NCBI GenBank assembly: GCA_045634865.1
Contig: JAZRBB010000003.1
Location: forward strand, 203,082-267,081
Direction: 5' to 3'
Source: Candidatus Enterousia sp.
GTDB taxonomy: Bacteria > Pseudomonadota > Alphaproteobacteria > Rs-D84
DNA: 64,000 nt
Shown: piece after piece, positions 47,392 through 57,568 of the stretch
How positions within the stretch are numbered: position 1 is the first letter of the stretch
Layout of the letters: every line of letters begins with the position of its first letter
Program-made: the position numbers and the translations under genes
Notes under the pieces: model-generated
The model's input: only the letters and a program-made list of their open reading frames with translations
Told to the model about the DNA's origin: nothing
Database searches by the model: none

Positions 47392-49356
47392 ATGAATAAA
47401 TACGATGCATCAGATATTCAAGTGCTTGAAGGGTTAGAGCCTGTACGTCTGCGCCCTGGTATGTATATTGGCGGAACAGATGAAAAGGCCTGGCACCATT
47501 TGCCAGTTGAAATTATGGATAATTCTATTGACGAAGCGGTTGCTGGCTTTGCCAAGAAAATCGTTGTCAATTTGATAGATTCCAAAACCATAGAAATCAC
47601 AGATGATGGTCGTGGAATTCCGGTTGATGAACATCCAAAATATCCCGGTAAGTCTGCGTTAGAGGTTATTTTAACAACTTTGCATTCAGGTGGAAAGTTT
47701 AACAATAATGTGTACAAGACCAGTGGTGGTTTGCATGGTGTGGGCAGTGCTGTGGTTAATGCGCTGTCGTCTGAAATGATTGTGACGATTTCCAGGGACG
47801 GTTATGAATGGCGTCAGACTTTTTCGCGTGGAAAAACTACATCGCCAATTCAGCGCGGTAATGCGACCAAGGCACATGGAACAAAAATCAGATTTACATT
47901 GGATGATGACATATTTGGCGAATCTGCTGTATTCAAGCCGATTAAGATTTACCGTATGGCGCGCGCTAAATCATTTTTATCACGCGGGGTCAAAATTGAA
48001 TGGCATTGTAATCCAGCGCTTTTGACCGAAGATATGAATATACCTGCGGATAAAGAGTTTTATTATCCAAATGGGGTTGCAGATTTTGTTGCAGAAAAAA
48101 CAGATTCTAAACCGCGTATTTTGCCAAAGATTTTTAGTGGTTCGGTCGATTTTCCTGATGACTGTGGTCGTGTGGAATGGGCTTTGACTGTATTGACTGA
48201 TGAAAATGGCGCGGCATCTGACGATGGATTTTTTGCTTCATATTGCAATACAATTGCAACTGTGGATGGTGGCACGCATGAGGCTGGGTTTAAGGCCGCG
48301 ATTACCAAGGGCTTGAAAGCATATGGTGAAAAAGTAAATAACAAGGCTGCGGCTACAATAATTGGCGAAGATGTTTTTGATTCTGTGGCTGCGATTGTAT
48401 CTGTGTTCTATAAAACACCGCAATTTTTAGGTCAGACCAAAGAAAAACTTTCCAACCCAGAAATTGCACGTTATACAGAAAATGCTTTGCGCGACCCTTG
48501 GGAAATGTTTTTGGCATCTGACCCAAAAACTGCAAATGCATTACTGGATTTTGTTATAAACTTGGCTAATGCGCGTATCAAGACAAAGCAAGTCAAAGAT
48601 GTTGCGCGTAAAACCCCGACCAAGCGAATTCGTATGCCGTCTAAATTGGCTGATTGTTCTAAACATGGTATAGATGGCACAGAATTGTTTATTGTAGAGG
48701 GGGAATCTGCAGGCGGAACCGCAAAACAGGCACGCGACAGGGCGACCCAGGCGATTATGCCTTTGCGTGGTAAGGTTTTGAATGTATTGTCGAATTCTGA
48801 TGAAAGATTTAGTGCCAACAAAGAATTAAATGACCTGATTGATATTATTGGTGCAGGAACTGCGAAAGATTGGGACGATTCGAAGTTAAGATATGAAAAA
48901 ATAATTATAATGACTGATGCTGATGTTGACGGTAGTCACATTGCGTCGTTATTAATGGCATTTTTCTATCAATATATGCCCCAGTTGATTTATGATGGAC
49001 ATTTGTATTTGTCTTGTCCACCTTTGTATAAATTGACATGTGGAACCGAATCGATTTATGTTGATTCTGATGAAGAATTGGAAGAATTAAAGAACGGCAA
49101 ATATAAAAATAAACGTGTTGAAATATCGCGATTCAAAGGGCTTGGTGAAATGATGCCAAATCAGTTAAAGGAAACAACTATGTCGCCAAAAACGCGCCGT
49201 TTGATTCGTATTGATTTACCACCAAAAACCGAAGAGGGTTTGGAAGACACCGAAAAAACAAAAACTTTGGTGTATGATTTAATGGGTAAAAAACCAGAAT
49301 TTCGGTTCAAGTTTATTACTGAACATGCCCAGTTTGTAAAAGATTTGTTTGTATAA
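47392..49356 (+). CDS. parE: Type IIA topoisomerase ATPase subunit, most likely topoisomerase IV subunit B
   Basis: GHKL ATPase N-terminus (LEGLEPVRLRPGMYIGG). Toprim block EGESAGGTAKQARDRATQAIMPLRGKVLN is closer to the ParE consensus (QARDR...QAIMPL) than to GyrB. At about 654 aa it lacks the long GyrB insert. Confidence 0.65.
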   Translation: MNKYDASDIQVLEGLEPVRLRPGMYIGGTDEKAWHHLPVEIMDNSIDEAVAGFAKKIVVNLIDSKTIEITDDGRGIPVDEHPKYPGKSALEVILTTLHSGGKFNNNVYKTSGGLHGVGSAVVNALSSEMIVTISRDGYEWRQTFSRGKTTSPIQRGNATKAHGTKIRFTLDDDIFGESAVFKPIKIYRMARAKSFLSRGVKIEWHCNPALLTEDMNIPADKEFYYPNGVADFVAEKTDSKPRILPKIFSGSVDFPDDCGRVEWALTVLTDENGAASDDGFFASYCNTIATVDGGTHEAGFKAAITKGLKAYGEKVNNKAAATIIGEDVFDSVAAIVSVFYKTPQFLGQTKEKLSNPEIARYTENALRDPWEMFLASDPKTANALLDFVINLANARIKTKQVKDVARKTPTKRIRMPSKLADCSKHGIDGTELFIVEGESAGGTAKQARDRATQAIMPLRGKVLNVLSNSDERFSANKELNDLIDIIGAGTAKDWDDSKLRYEKIIIMTDADVDGSHIASLLMAFFYQYMPQLIYDGHLYLSCPPLYKLTCGTESIYVDSDEELEELKNGKYKNKRVEISRFKGLGEMMPNQLKETTMSPKTRRLIRIDLPPKTEEGLEDTEKTKTLVYDLMGKKPEFRFKFITEHAQFVKDLFV

Positions 49357-49374
49357 AGAATTTTATAAACAACA

Positions 49375-49403
49375 AAAAATCCGCTGTATAGCGGATTTTT
49401 TTG
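49375..49403 (+). terminator. Rho-independent terminator after parE
   Basis: AATCCGCT-gtat-AGCGGATT hairpin followed by T7. Confidence 0.65.
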
Positions 49404-49416
49404 TTAGTGTTGTCGT

Positions 49417-50016
49417 TTATTTTATTTTCTTTAATTTTTGTGCAAATGTAAATGTATATTGTGTTGCACTCCATAAAGATGCCACCAACGCAAACCATAA
49501 ACAGAATACACCAACCTGGGGCAATATGCTGATCAAATAAAATACTATGCGACTGTCTGTTGTTGGGGTTATAGATGAAAATACTGCAAAGAATAACAAA
49601 AATGCAGCGATAGCAATCATTTGAATCGTTGTTTTAATTTTGCCCATTGAAAAGCGTGCCTTTGGGACAGGCATTTCGATTTTCTGGGTGCCCAAGAATT
49701 CACGTAATCCGCTGATATACAATTCGCGCGCAATCATTATTATAACTGGGATAACTACTGTCCATGTTGGTGCAATCAAAGCCAACATAATAAATGTATT
49801 GCATACCAATAATTTATCGCCGATGTGATCCAAAACACCGCCCAATTTAGAACAGCAATTATGTTTGCGTGCCAGATATCCGTCAAACCAATCTGATATT
49901 GCGCCCAAGACATATAATGCAAATGATATCCAATACCAACGCATCATGATTGTTGGTATAATCAAAAATGCAACCATTATGCGAAATGATGATAAAAAGT
50001 TAACAAATGCTTTCAT
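49417..50016 (-). CDS. pgsA: CDP-diacylglycerol--glycerol-3-phosphate 3-phosphatidyltransferase
   Basis: 199 aa. CDP-alcohol phosphatidyltransferase motif DxxDGxxAR...GxxxDxxxD (DWFDGYLARKHN...GGVLDHIGDKLLV). Confidence 0.8.
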   Translation of the reverse strand: MKAFVNFLSSFRIMVAFLIIPTIMMRWYWISFALYVLGAISDWFDGYLARKHNCCSKLGGVLDHIGDKLLVCNTFIMLALIAPTWTVVIPVIIMIARELYISGLREFLGTQKIEMPVPKARFSMGKIKTTIQMIAIAAFLLFFAVFSSITPTTDSRIVFYLISILPQVGVFCLWFALVASLWSATQYTFTFAQKLKKIK

Positions 50017-50046
50017 ATTATTTTTCTCCTTTGGTAATGGTTATTA

Positions 50047-51474
50047 TTATAGCATATCGGAATGGAAATAGGCATATATTTTTTCTGCTGCACTTTTTCC
50101 AAGCCCTGATACGCGCGATAAAGATTTCAAGTCTGCGTCCATAATTGCATGCACAGAACCAAAATGCTGTAATAATTGTTTTTTGCGTGTTGGGCCAATT
50201 CCTTCGATTTCATCCAGACAACTGGCCGTCAATTGTTTTGCGCGAACAGAACGATGATATGTTATAACAAATCGGTGTGCTTCGTCACGAACTGTGCGCA
50301 ACATTAAAAATAATGCAGAATCTTTTGCCAATTCATGATTTTCAGAACCGTCTGGCATAATAAAATGTTCGTCACCATTACGGACGACACCTTTGGTCAC
50401 ACCCAATACAGGTATTTTCCCATTTGCGACTTTGTTTGCGATATTCCATTGTGCAGGGCCACCATCAACAATGATTAAATCAAGTTTTGGACCGTCCTGA
50501 ATTGCACGACCAACAAATTCTTCCATCATTGCAATATCGTTTCCAGCACGTGCAGAATCGCGCAATTTGAAATGACGATAAGATGATTTTATAAATCCAT
50601 CATGCCCAAAGGCTATCATTGCACCAACAGGATTTTTACCGAATAAATGTGAATTATCAAACACACCGACGCAATCCAGTTTTAATCCCAACCATTTTTC
50701 AAGTTCTTTGACATTATTATCCCATTGTAAATTTGGTGTATACAGCGTATTCTGTCGTATACCGCGATTTGTAGTTGTGGTTAATGCTGTGATTTTATCA
50801 CGAATAATTGCAGCATTTTCGTAATCCATTTTGTCTGAAAATGTTTTCATTTGTTTTGTTAAATCTGCAATTATAGGTTCGCTGTCCCCAGTTAAAATTC
50901 TGCGTGCCAGTTGAACATTTTTATCATAATCTGGTTGGGGCAAACAACATGGTGCACTGCATCTGCCGATTTGATAAAGCAGACATGGACGTGCACGATT
51001 TTTCATAAATGTATCAGTACAAGTTCTTAATTGGCAGACGCGTTGCAAAGTTTTTATTGTATCGTTCAATGCGTATACAGATGGATACGGACCATAAACA
51101 TCTTTGCGTTGTGATATTTTACCACGAAATTTCAGCAACCTTGGGTATTCGTGTTTTGTTAATGCCAACATAGGATACATTTTTCCATCTGTCATCATGA
51201 TATTGTATTTAGGTTTCAGGCTTTTTATCAATTTTTGTTCTAAAATCAGCGCGTCTGTTTCGGTTCGGGTTGTTTCCCATTCCACACGTCGCACCAGCGA
51301 GCGCATAATTTGCTTGTGCATTTCAAGTTTAGAAACATCGATATACTGACGCAAACGATGCAGAATATTTTTTGCCTTGCCAACATATAGCAGATTATCG
51401 TCCCCGTCGAACATTTTATAAATTCCGGGAGACATCGGCGCGTTTTCTATTAAATCTCTGAATTGAATTTTCAT
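50047..51474 (-). CDS. uvrC: Excinuclease ABC subunit C, short form (475 aa)
   Basis: N-terminal GIY-YIG (GIYKMFDGDDNLLYVGKAKNIL.R..QY). C-terminal RNase H-like and HhH regions (LDEIEGIGPTRKKQLLQHFGS). About 130 aa shorter than typical UvrC. Confidence 0.65.
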   Translation of the reverse strand: MKIQFRDLIENAPMSPGIYKMFDGDDNLLYVGKAKNILHRLRQYIDVSKLEMHKQIMRSLVRRVEWETTRTETDALILEQKLIKSLKPKYNIMMTDGKMYPMLALTKHEYPRLLKFRGKISQRKDVYGPYPSVYALNDTIKTLQRVCQLRTCTDTFMKNRARPCLLYQIGRCSAPCCLPQPDYDKNVQLARRILTGDSEPIIADLTKQMKTFSDKMDYENAAIIRDKITALTTTTNRGIRQNTLYTPNLQWDNNVKELEKWLGLKLDCVGVFDNSHLFGKNPVGAMIAFGHDGFIKSSYRHFKLRDSARAGNDIAMMEEFVGRAIQDGPKLDLIIVDGGPAQWNIANKVANGKIPVLGVTKGVVRNGDEHFIMPDGSENHELAKDSALFLMLRTVRDEAHRFVITYHRSVRAKQLTASCLDEIEGIGPTRKKQLLQHFGSVHAIMDADLKSLSRVSGLGKSAAEKIYAYFHSDML

Positions 51475-51517
51475 AATAGATATGATACAATAGAAATTGT
51501 AAAAATCAAATAGAGGT

Positions 51518-51985
51518 GTGATAATGAGACAAGAATCCGGACGTTCAATGATTGAAATGATTGGTGTGTTGGCTATAATGGCTATTATAACAGCAGGTGC
51601 TTTTGCGCTGATTTCTACGGCTTTTCATACACAGAAACGGGCGCGTGTGACAGATGATGTTGCAAATATTGTGACAGGTGTGCGCAGTTTATTGGGTGAA
51701 TATGATGACTTTTCCAATATAGACAATTCAACTATTTTTGGTGCCATCGCGGTCAGTAATAAAAATCCGTATGGTGGAACATATGAATTGGCGGTTGATG
51801 CGTCAAATGCACGCAGATTTGTCGTAAGTATAAACGGATTATCTAAATCTGATTGTGAAGGTTTGCTCATGAAGGCATGGACTGATTCAATCGGATACGA
51901 AGAATCAAATCACAAAGAGAGTGGTGCAACAGGTAAGTGTGTGGACGGCAATAAAAACGTTGTGTCTATTACATATGGCGAATAG
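51518..51985 (+). CDS. Type IV pilin / pseudopilin-like protein (orphan)
   Basis: Prepilin-type leader MIMRQESG followed by RSMIEMIGVLAIMAIITAGAFALIS, with Glu at +5 and a hydrophobic alpha1 helix. A C-terminal Cys pair about 28 aa apart (SDCEGLL...GKCVDG) looks like a pilin D-region disulfide loop. Confidence 0.55.
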   Translation: MIMRQESGRSMIEMIGVLAIMAIITAGAFALISTAFHTQKRARVTDDVANIVTGVRSLLGEYDDFSNIDNSTIFGAIAVSNKNPYGGTYELAVDASNARRFVVSINGLSKSDCEGLLMKAWTDSIGYEESNHKESGATGKCVDGNKNVVSITYGE

Positions 51986-51988
51986 TTT

Positions 51989-52954
51989 ATGGCAGAATTT
52001 ATAAAAATTTCCGAAGTTGAAGATGGAACACGTCTATTGCGTTGGTTTTTAAGGCATTATCCTGGTATGCCCCAGCGGGAATTTTACAAACTTTGTCGTG
52101 GTGGCCAGATAAGAATAAATTCATCGCGGTGCAAGGGTATGGAAATTTTAACAGCGGGTGACGTGGTTCGTATTCCGCCAACATTGCAATCCTTTCAGAA
52201 AGTTGCATCAAAGACAGAAACTGGTGAAAAGTATTCTTTGTCTGATTTGGAAGAATTAAGAAAATGTATTATTCACAATGATTCTGATATTGTCGTGTTT
52301 AACAAGCCGGCTGGTTTGGCAGTGCAGGGCGGTACAGGGATAAAAAAGTCTATTGATAAAATGGTTGCGGCTTTGTTCCCATACGATAAAACTTCATTGG
52401 TTCATCGTTTGGACAGAGAGACCAGCGGTTTGTTAGTCGTCGCAAAAAATCAAAAGGCTGCCCAAGAATTAGCCAAGCAATTTCAGAGCAAGGTTGCACA
52501 TAAAGAGTATATGGCTTTATTACAGGGAACCGTTGCAAACAAGTCTGGGGTGATTGATAATTATGTTGTTAAGGGGCGTGTTTTTGCTGATTCTGCGTCT
52601 GCACCAAAAGATTTGCATCCACAACGCGCTATTACAGAATACAAAGTATTAGGTGAAGCGTCAGGTTTGTTGACTTGGATTTTGTTTTCGCCAAAGACTG
52701 GTCGGACGCACCAATTAAGATTGCATAGTGCGTATTCTTTGCATGCGCCGATTGTGGGTGATGATTTATATGGGATTACGCGGGGAAGTCTTGGCGGTGC
52801 GCTGGGGGCTTTGTTGAAAACGCAAAAATTATTTTTATTTGCATACAAGATAACTTTCAGGCATCCTGGAACAGGAAAGATAATCACATTACAGGCTCAA
52901 TTACCAGATTTTATGCAATCTGTGGTTAAGTTTCTGGAATTTAAAATGCCATAG
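51989..52954 (+). CDS. 23S rRNA pseudouridine synthase, RluA family (RluC/RluD-like)
   Basis: S4-like N-terminus. Catalytic HRLDRETSGLLVVAKN motif. Confidence 0.8.
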   Translation: MAEFIKISEVEDGTRLLRWFLRHYPGMPQREFYKLCRGGQIRINSSRCKGMEILTAGDVVRIPPTLQSFQKVASKTETGEKYSLSDLEELRKCIIHNDSDIVVFNKPAGLAVQGGTGIKKSIDKMVAALFPYDKTSLVHRLDRETSGLLVVAKNQKAAQELAKQFQSKVAHKEYMALLQGTVANKSGVIDNYVVKGRVFADSASAPKDLHPQRAITEYKVLGEASGLLTWILFSPKTGRTHQLRLHSAYSLHAPIVGDDLYGITRGSLGGALGALLKTQKLFLFAYKITFRHPGTGKIITLQAQLPDFMQSVVKFLEFKMP

Positions 52955-55051
52955 GTGAAACAGAATATGTTTTTATATTTTTTTTATAAACGGTATCTTT
53001 GGTTGTTGCGTGCGATATTCCTGGCTTTGATGGGGCTTGGGGTTGCATTTGGTATTGCGTTGTCCCAGGTCAATCTTGAAAGTTTGCGTGGGAATATTTT
53101 GTCTGTATTGCGTGATGCAACAAATATGCCTGTGGAAATTGATGGTAAAATATCTTGGAAATTTTCTTTGCGTCCCCAGATAGAATTAAATAATGTGCGC
53201 ATTCCAAATGCAGATTGGGCAAAGCAAAAAAATTTATTTTCTGCAAACAAAATAGATGTGCGACTGGATTTGATTTCTTTGTTCAGTTCTAAACCTGCAC
53301 TTAGATATATTCATGTGCATGATGCCAAGATAGTATTGGAAAAAAATAATAATGGGGAAAATTCTGTTGTGTATATTAAACCACAAACATCAGAGAATCA
53401 GCCGGATACAGCGCAAAACACTATACGAAAATATCCTGTGGACCCGTTGCCGTTTGGTGGATTGTCTGTGCAAAATATATCTGCGAACATATATGGTGAT
53501 AAATACGCGTTCAAAAGTTTTAGCATCAGAAATCATACAAGTGGTTCTGACATAGAATATTCTGGGTGGATAAATCCGGGCAATATGAATGTACCTTTTG
53601 TCGTCAAATTTTCTGAATATAATGCTGAAAGAAAAATATATCCATTACAGATTGCTTTTTCAACAGGGGCAGAGGCTTTGATAGCAGATGTTGCATTAGA
53701 AGGGACCAGCAAGATGCCCATAGATTTTATTGTGCGTGGCGATATTTTAGATATCAGACAAACTGGAAAATGGTTTAATTTTGATATATTAAATCTGCCA
53801 AAGGTGAAAGTAAATATTGTTGGTGGGTTTGACCGTAAAAAAGTGTCTTTCAGAAAATCGTCTGTCACAGTTGGTGATTCCGTATTAAGTTTTTCTGGGA
53901 CGTATGATTGGTCCAAAAATGTGCCTGTGATTGATGCCAAAGTTTCGTCAAATTATATTGATATATATAAATCTTTCCCAGAATGGTTTGGCGCTGGGCA
54001 GCAATGGATACACCCAAAACGCGAATTAAATGTTTTCCATGATATGCCTTTGTTTGGAAAATATTTGTATGGCGCGAAAGCAAACATTGAAATAAATCTG
54101 AAAAAATTTATTCCATATCGTTCGTTGGCTTTGTCTGATTTTGCTATCAAGGCAAATGTTGCAAATCATAAATTGCGTGCAGATGCAAATCTGAAAATGG
54201 CATCTGGTGATATGCTGGTTGGGTTAGATGCAGATATAGATGAAAACGGTGTGTACACAGTAAAGGCTGCGGCAGATTGTGAACATGTGTATATTGGTGA
54301 AATTCTGAAACAGGTGTATATTTACAAGATTATTTCTGGATTACCTGTGAATATTGATTTTTATTTACAGGCACGTGGTGCAGATATGTCGCAGATAATG
54401 CAAACACTAACAGGGCCTGTGATGTTGTATTCTGTGGACAAGGGGTATGCACATGCTGATTTAGTTGAATATATGTATGGTGGCGATTTCTTGACCAGTT
54501 TGCGTCATAATGTGGAAGATTTATTCAGTGGTGATAAAAAGCGCGATATGATTGAAATTGGTGGTGCGGTTGCCAATCTTAAATTGCGTGATGGTTTAAT
54601 AGAAACTAAAAATGGGGTGGCAGTTGAAACGCGTGTTATAAATATGCGCTTGGTCGGTGCTTTGGATTTAGGCAAAGAAGTAATTCAGATGTCTTTGGCA
54701 TCTGTACCTGTGCGTGGGCTGAAATTGTCTTTGTCGGGCAATTTGGTAAACGCTTTGCAGATTACGGGTAATTTGGCAGAACCTGATTTCAAGATTAGTG
54801 GTGGCGCATTGGTTGGCAAAGTTGGGTCTGCAGTTGGTTTGGGATTGTTGCTGGCGCCATTGACAGGTGGTTTAAGTATTGCTGGTGGTTTTGTTGCAGG
54901 ATTATTAGCAGGCGATTTGTTGGAAAATTGGTTAGCAGACGATCACCCATGTAAAACCGCAAAGAAGAAAGGCGCACTGTCAAAACGTGGTGATCCAGAA
55001 TGGTTTAATACGCCATTAAATGAATTGACCAAGACAATTTTAGTGCGATAG
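52955..55051 (+). CDS. AsmA-family outer-membrane biogenesis protein
   Basis: 698 aa. N-terminal TM anchor LWLLRAIFLALMGLGVAFGIAL and a long beta-rich body typical of the AsmA/TamB-like family. Confidence 0.55.
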   Translation: MKQNMFLYFFYKRYLWLLRAIFLALMGLGVAFGIALSQVNLESLRGNILSVLRDATNMPVEIDGKISWKFSLRPQIELNNVRIPNADWAKQKNLFSANKIDVRLDLISLFSSKPALRYIHVHDAKIVLEKNNNGENSVVYIKPQTSENQPDTAQNTIRKYPVDPLPFGGLSVQNISANIYGDKYAFKSFSIRNHTSGSDIEYSGWINPGNMNVPFVVKFSEYNAERKIYPLQIAFSTGAEALIADVALEGTSKMPIDFIVRGDILDIRQTGKWFNFDILNLPKVKVNIVGGFDRKKVSFRKSSVTVGDSVLSFSGTYDWSKNVPVIDAKVSSNYIDIYKSFPEWFGAGQQWIHPKRELNVFHDMPLFGKYLYGAKANIEINLKKFIPYRSLALSDFAIKANVANHKLRADANLKMASGDMLVGLDADIDENGVYTVKAAADCEHVYIGEILKQVYIYKIISGLPVNIDFYLQARGADMSQIMQTLTGPVMLYSVDKGYAHADLVEYMYGGDFLTSLRHNVEDLFSGDKKRDMIEIGGAVANLKLRDGLIETKNGVAVETRVINMRLVGALDLGKEVIQMSLASVPVRGLKLSLSGNLVNALQITGNLAEPDFKISGGALVGKVGSAVGLGLLLAPLTGGLSIAGGFVAGLLAGDLLENWLADDHPCKTAKKKGALSKRGDPEWFNTPLNELTKTILVR

Positions 55052-55190
55052 TTTTGTAAATTTACCGTTTTTGTCAAATGGATATATAAATAATACTAAG
55101 GATATTATTTACTCTTGCACCGAATCGGTGTTTTTTGATAAACTGCCATTAAATAATAAGAAAAAACAAAAAAAGAACAGGAGAAGTATT

Positions 55191-56303
55191 ATGGAATTTT
55201 CAGTGTTTCGTCAGGTTTTAATTCGTGCGCTGGGGCATATGCAATCTATCGTTGAAAAGCGCGCAACTTTGCCGATTTTGATGAATGTAAAGATAGAGGT
55301 TTCAGACGATTTAATTTTGTCTGCAACAAATGTTGATTTGGAATTGGTTGAACATGTGGCTGCTGATATCACTTTGTCTGGTAAAACAACTGTGCCAGTT
55401 CAGATGTTGTATGACATTGTTCGTAAATTGCCTGACGATGCAGAAATCAGTTTCAAGCAATCTGGTGATCAATTGGTCGTGTCCAGCGGTCGTGCTGTTT
55501 TCCATTTGCCAACTTTGCCGGCAGAAAACTTCCCAGCAATGGCGGGTGGCAATTTAAGCACTAAATTCCAGATGACAACTGGTGATTTGGCGCATTTGAT
55601 AAATCAAACCAAATTTGCAATTCCAACTGATGATGTTCGTTATCATTTGGGGGGTATTTATTTCCATATATCTGAAGATACCGGCAAATTGACTGCGGTT
55701 GCAACTGATGCCCAGCGTATGGCTTTGTGCGCTATGAAAGCGCCAAGTGGTAGCAACGGCATGCCGTCTGTGATTTTGCCGAGACGTGTTATCGGTGAAT
55801 TATCTAAATTGTTGGAAGATGCAACAGTAGACGATGTCATGATTGAATTGTCTGATACCAAGGCACGTTTCACAATTGGTTCTGCAATATTGACCAGCAA
55901 ATTGGTTGATGCCCAGTATCCAAATTATCGTGTTGTTATTCCAAAGGGCAACGACAAGATTGCGATTTTGGACAGAAAGCAATTTATAAACGCTGTGGAT
56001 TTGGTATCGGTTGCCAGTGTAGACAAGACTAAATCTGTTCAATTGTCATTTTCTATGAATAAATTGGTTATAAATGCGTCCAGTCCTGATGCTGGAACCG
56101 CAACCCAGGAATTAGACATAGAATATAATGGTGATGCGACATTTACTATCAATTTCAATGTGAAATTCTTGTTGGATGTTGCGGGTCAGGTCGATGGGGA
56201 TAAATTCCAGATGGAAATGCAGGAATCTTTGTCGCCAACCATTATCAAATCTACTGATAAAAACACAGACGCATTGTTTGTATTAATGCCTATGCGCATG
56301 TAA
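55191..56303 (+). CDS. dnaN: DNA polymerase III beta sliding clamp
   Basis: About 370 aa from MEFSVFRQVLIRALGHMQSIVEKRATLPIL. Three-domain clamp; C-terminal LSPTIIKSTDKNTDALFVLMPMRM. Confidence 0.85.
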   Translation: MEFSVFRQVLIRALGHMQSIVEKRATLPILMNVKIEVSDDLILSATNVDLELVEHVAADITLSGKTTVPVQMLYDIVRKLPDDAEISFKQSGDQLVVSSGRAVFHLPTLPAENFPAMAGGNLSTKFQMTTGDLAHLINQTKFAIPTDDVRYHLGGIYFHISEDTGKLTAVATDAQRMALCAMKAPSGSNGMPSVILPRRVIGELSKLLEDATVDDVMIELSDTKARFTIGSAILTSKLVDAQYPNYRVVIPKGNDKIAILDRKQFINAVDLVSVASVDKTKSVQLSFSMNKLVINASSPDAGTATQELDIEYNGDATFTINFNVKFLLDVAGQVDGDKFQMEMQESLSPTIIKSTDKNTDALFVLMPMRM

Positions 56304-56319
56304 TAACAAAGTAAAATTA

Positions 56320-56346
56320 AAAATCCGTTTGCCAGCGGATTTTTTA
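56320..56346 (+). terminator. Rho-independent terminator after dnaN
   Basis: AATCCG-tttgccag-CGGATT hairpin followed by T6. Confidence 0.55.
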
Positions 56347-56366
56347 TTGAAATAAAAGAGAGAAAA

Positions 56367-56894
56367 ATGAATTGCAAAAATATTGCACCGGGACAAGAAC
56401 CGCCAAAAATAATGAACGCTATTATAGAAATTCCTGAAAATAGTGTTGTTAAATATGAATTTTGTGAAGATATAGATGTATTAAAAGTGTCTCGTATTAT
56501 GCAAACACCTGTGGCATATCCCGCAAATTATGGTTTTTTCCCTGGAACTTTGGGTGATGATGGGGATCCATTGGATTGCATGGTTTTGTGCAGTGCCCCT
56601 TTGATGTCTGGGGTTTTGATTCAAGTGCGTCCAATAGGTGTATTGTCTGTGGAAGATCAATCTGGTGGTGATAAAAAAGTTATATGCGTCCCGTTAGAAA
56701 AAATAGATGCAAATTATAAAGATGTGAAATCTTTGGATGCTTTACCAAGCATTACAAAAGCAAAAATAGAATATTTTTTTCAACATTACAAAGATTTACA
56801 GCCAGAATCTTGGGTCAAAGTTATTGGTTGGGGAGGTGTCGAGGAAGCAGAAAAGTGCATATTTGATGCAATTGATAAGTACAAAAAACAATAA
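56367..56894 (+). CDS. ppa: Inorganic pyrophosphatase (family I)
   Basis: 175 aa. Motifs NAIIEIPENSVVKYE, DGDPLD and YGFFPGTLGDDGDPLD. Confidence 0.85.
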   Translation: MNCKNIAPGQEPPKIMNAIIEIPENSVVKYEFCEDIDVLKVSRIMQTPVAYPANYGFFPGTLGDDGDPLDCMVLCSAPLMSGVLIQVRPIGVLSVEDQSGGDKKVICVPLEKIDANYKDVKSLDALPSITKAKIEYFFQHYKDLQPESWVKVIGWGGVEEAEKCIFDAIDKYKKQ

Positions 56895-56970
56895 TATGAA
56901 TAAATTGTTGCGAACATAAAAAGTTTATTATACCCTGTATGCGGTAAGATTTTAATAAGAGGTAAAAACA

Positions 56971-57540
56971 ATGGCATCTTATATTGCAAATGATATGCGT
57001 GTGGGTTGGGTAATTTCCCATAATGGAAAACGTTATTCTGTGACCTCAATTACCAAGGTAAAACCTGGCAAAGGTGGCGCTTTTGTCCAAGCGGACTTGC
57101 GTGATATTGATTCTGGGAACAAGGGCGGCGATCGTTGGCGTGCAGAAGACAAAGTTGAAAAATTGATGGTTGAAGATATGGACTGTCAATATTTGTATTC
57201 TGACGGTACAGACGCTTTCTTTATGAATCTGTCAGATTATGAACAGTTCACAATGCCAAACGAATCTTTGGGCGAACAAATGAAATTCTTGGCACCTGAA
57301 ATGGTGGTCAAAGCCAACTTTGTCGAAGGTCATCCAGTTTCAATCACTTTGCCAAAAACTGTTGTTGCAACTGTGGAAGAAACAGAACCTGCGTTAAAAG
57401 GTCAAACAGCAACAGGTAGTGGCGGAAAACCTGCGATTTTGGACAACGGTGTTCGTGTTCAGGTTCCTGTATTTATTGAACAAGGCGAAAAGATTGTTGT
57501 AAATACAGAAACATTAGAATATGTCGAACGCGCAAAATAA
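56971..57540 (+). CDS. efp: Elongation factor P
   Basis: 189 aa. KPGKGGAF loop carrying the modifiable Lys. Three OB-fold domains. Confidence 0.9.
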   Translation: MASYIANDMRVGWVISHNGKRYSVTSITKVKPGKGGAFVQADLRDIDSGNKGGDRWRAEDKVEKLMVEDMDCQYLYSDGTDAFFMNLSDYEQFTMPNESLGEQMKFLAPEMVVKANFVEGHPVSITLPKTVVATVEETEPALKGQTATGSGGKPAILDNGVRVQVPVFIEQGEKIVVNTETLEYVERAK

Positions 57541-57568
57541 ATGAAAACGGTGCATTTGCGCCGTCTTT

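Noticed and set aside
47371-49356. Calling the 661-aa topoisomerase subunit gyrB because it lies between dnaA and dnaN
   Set aside because: Its length, lacking the long proteobacterial GyrB insert, and the Toprim block QARDR...QAIMPL fit ParE better. Left as a probable-parE call with uncertainty stated.
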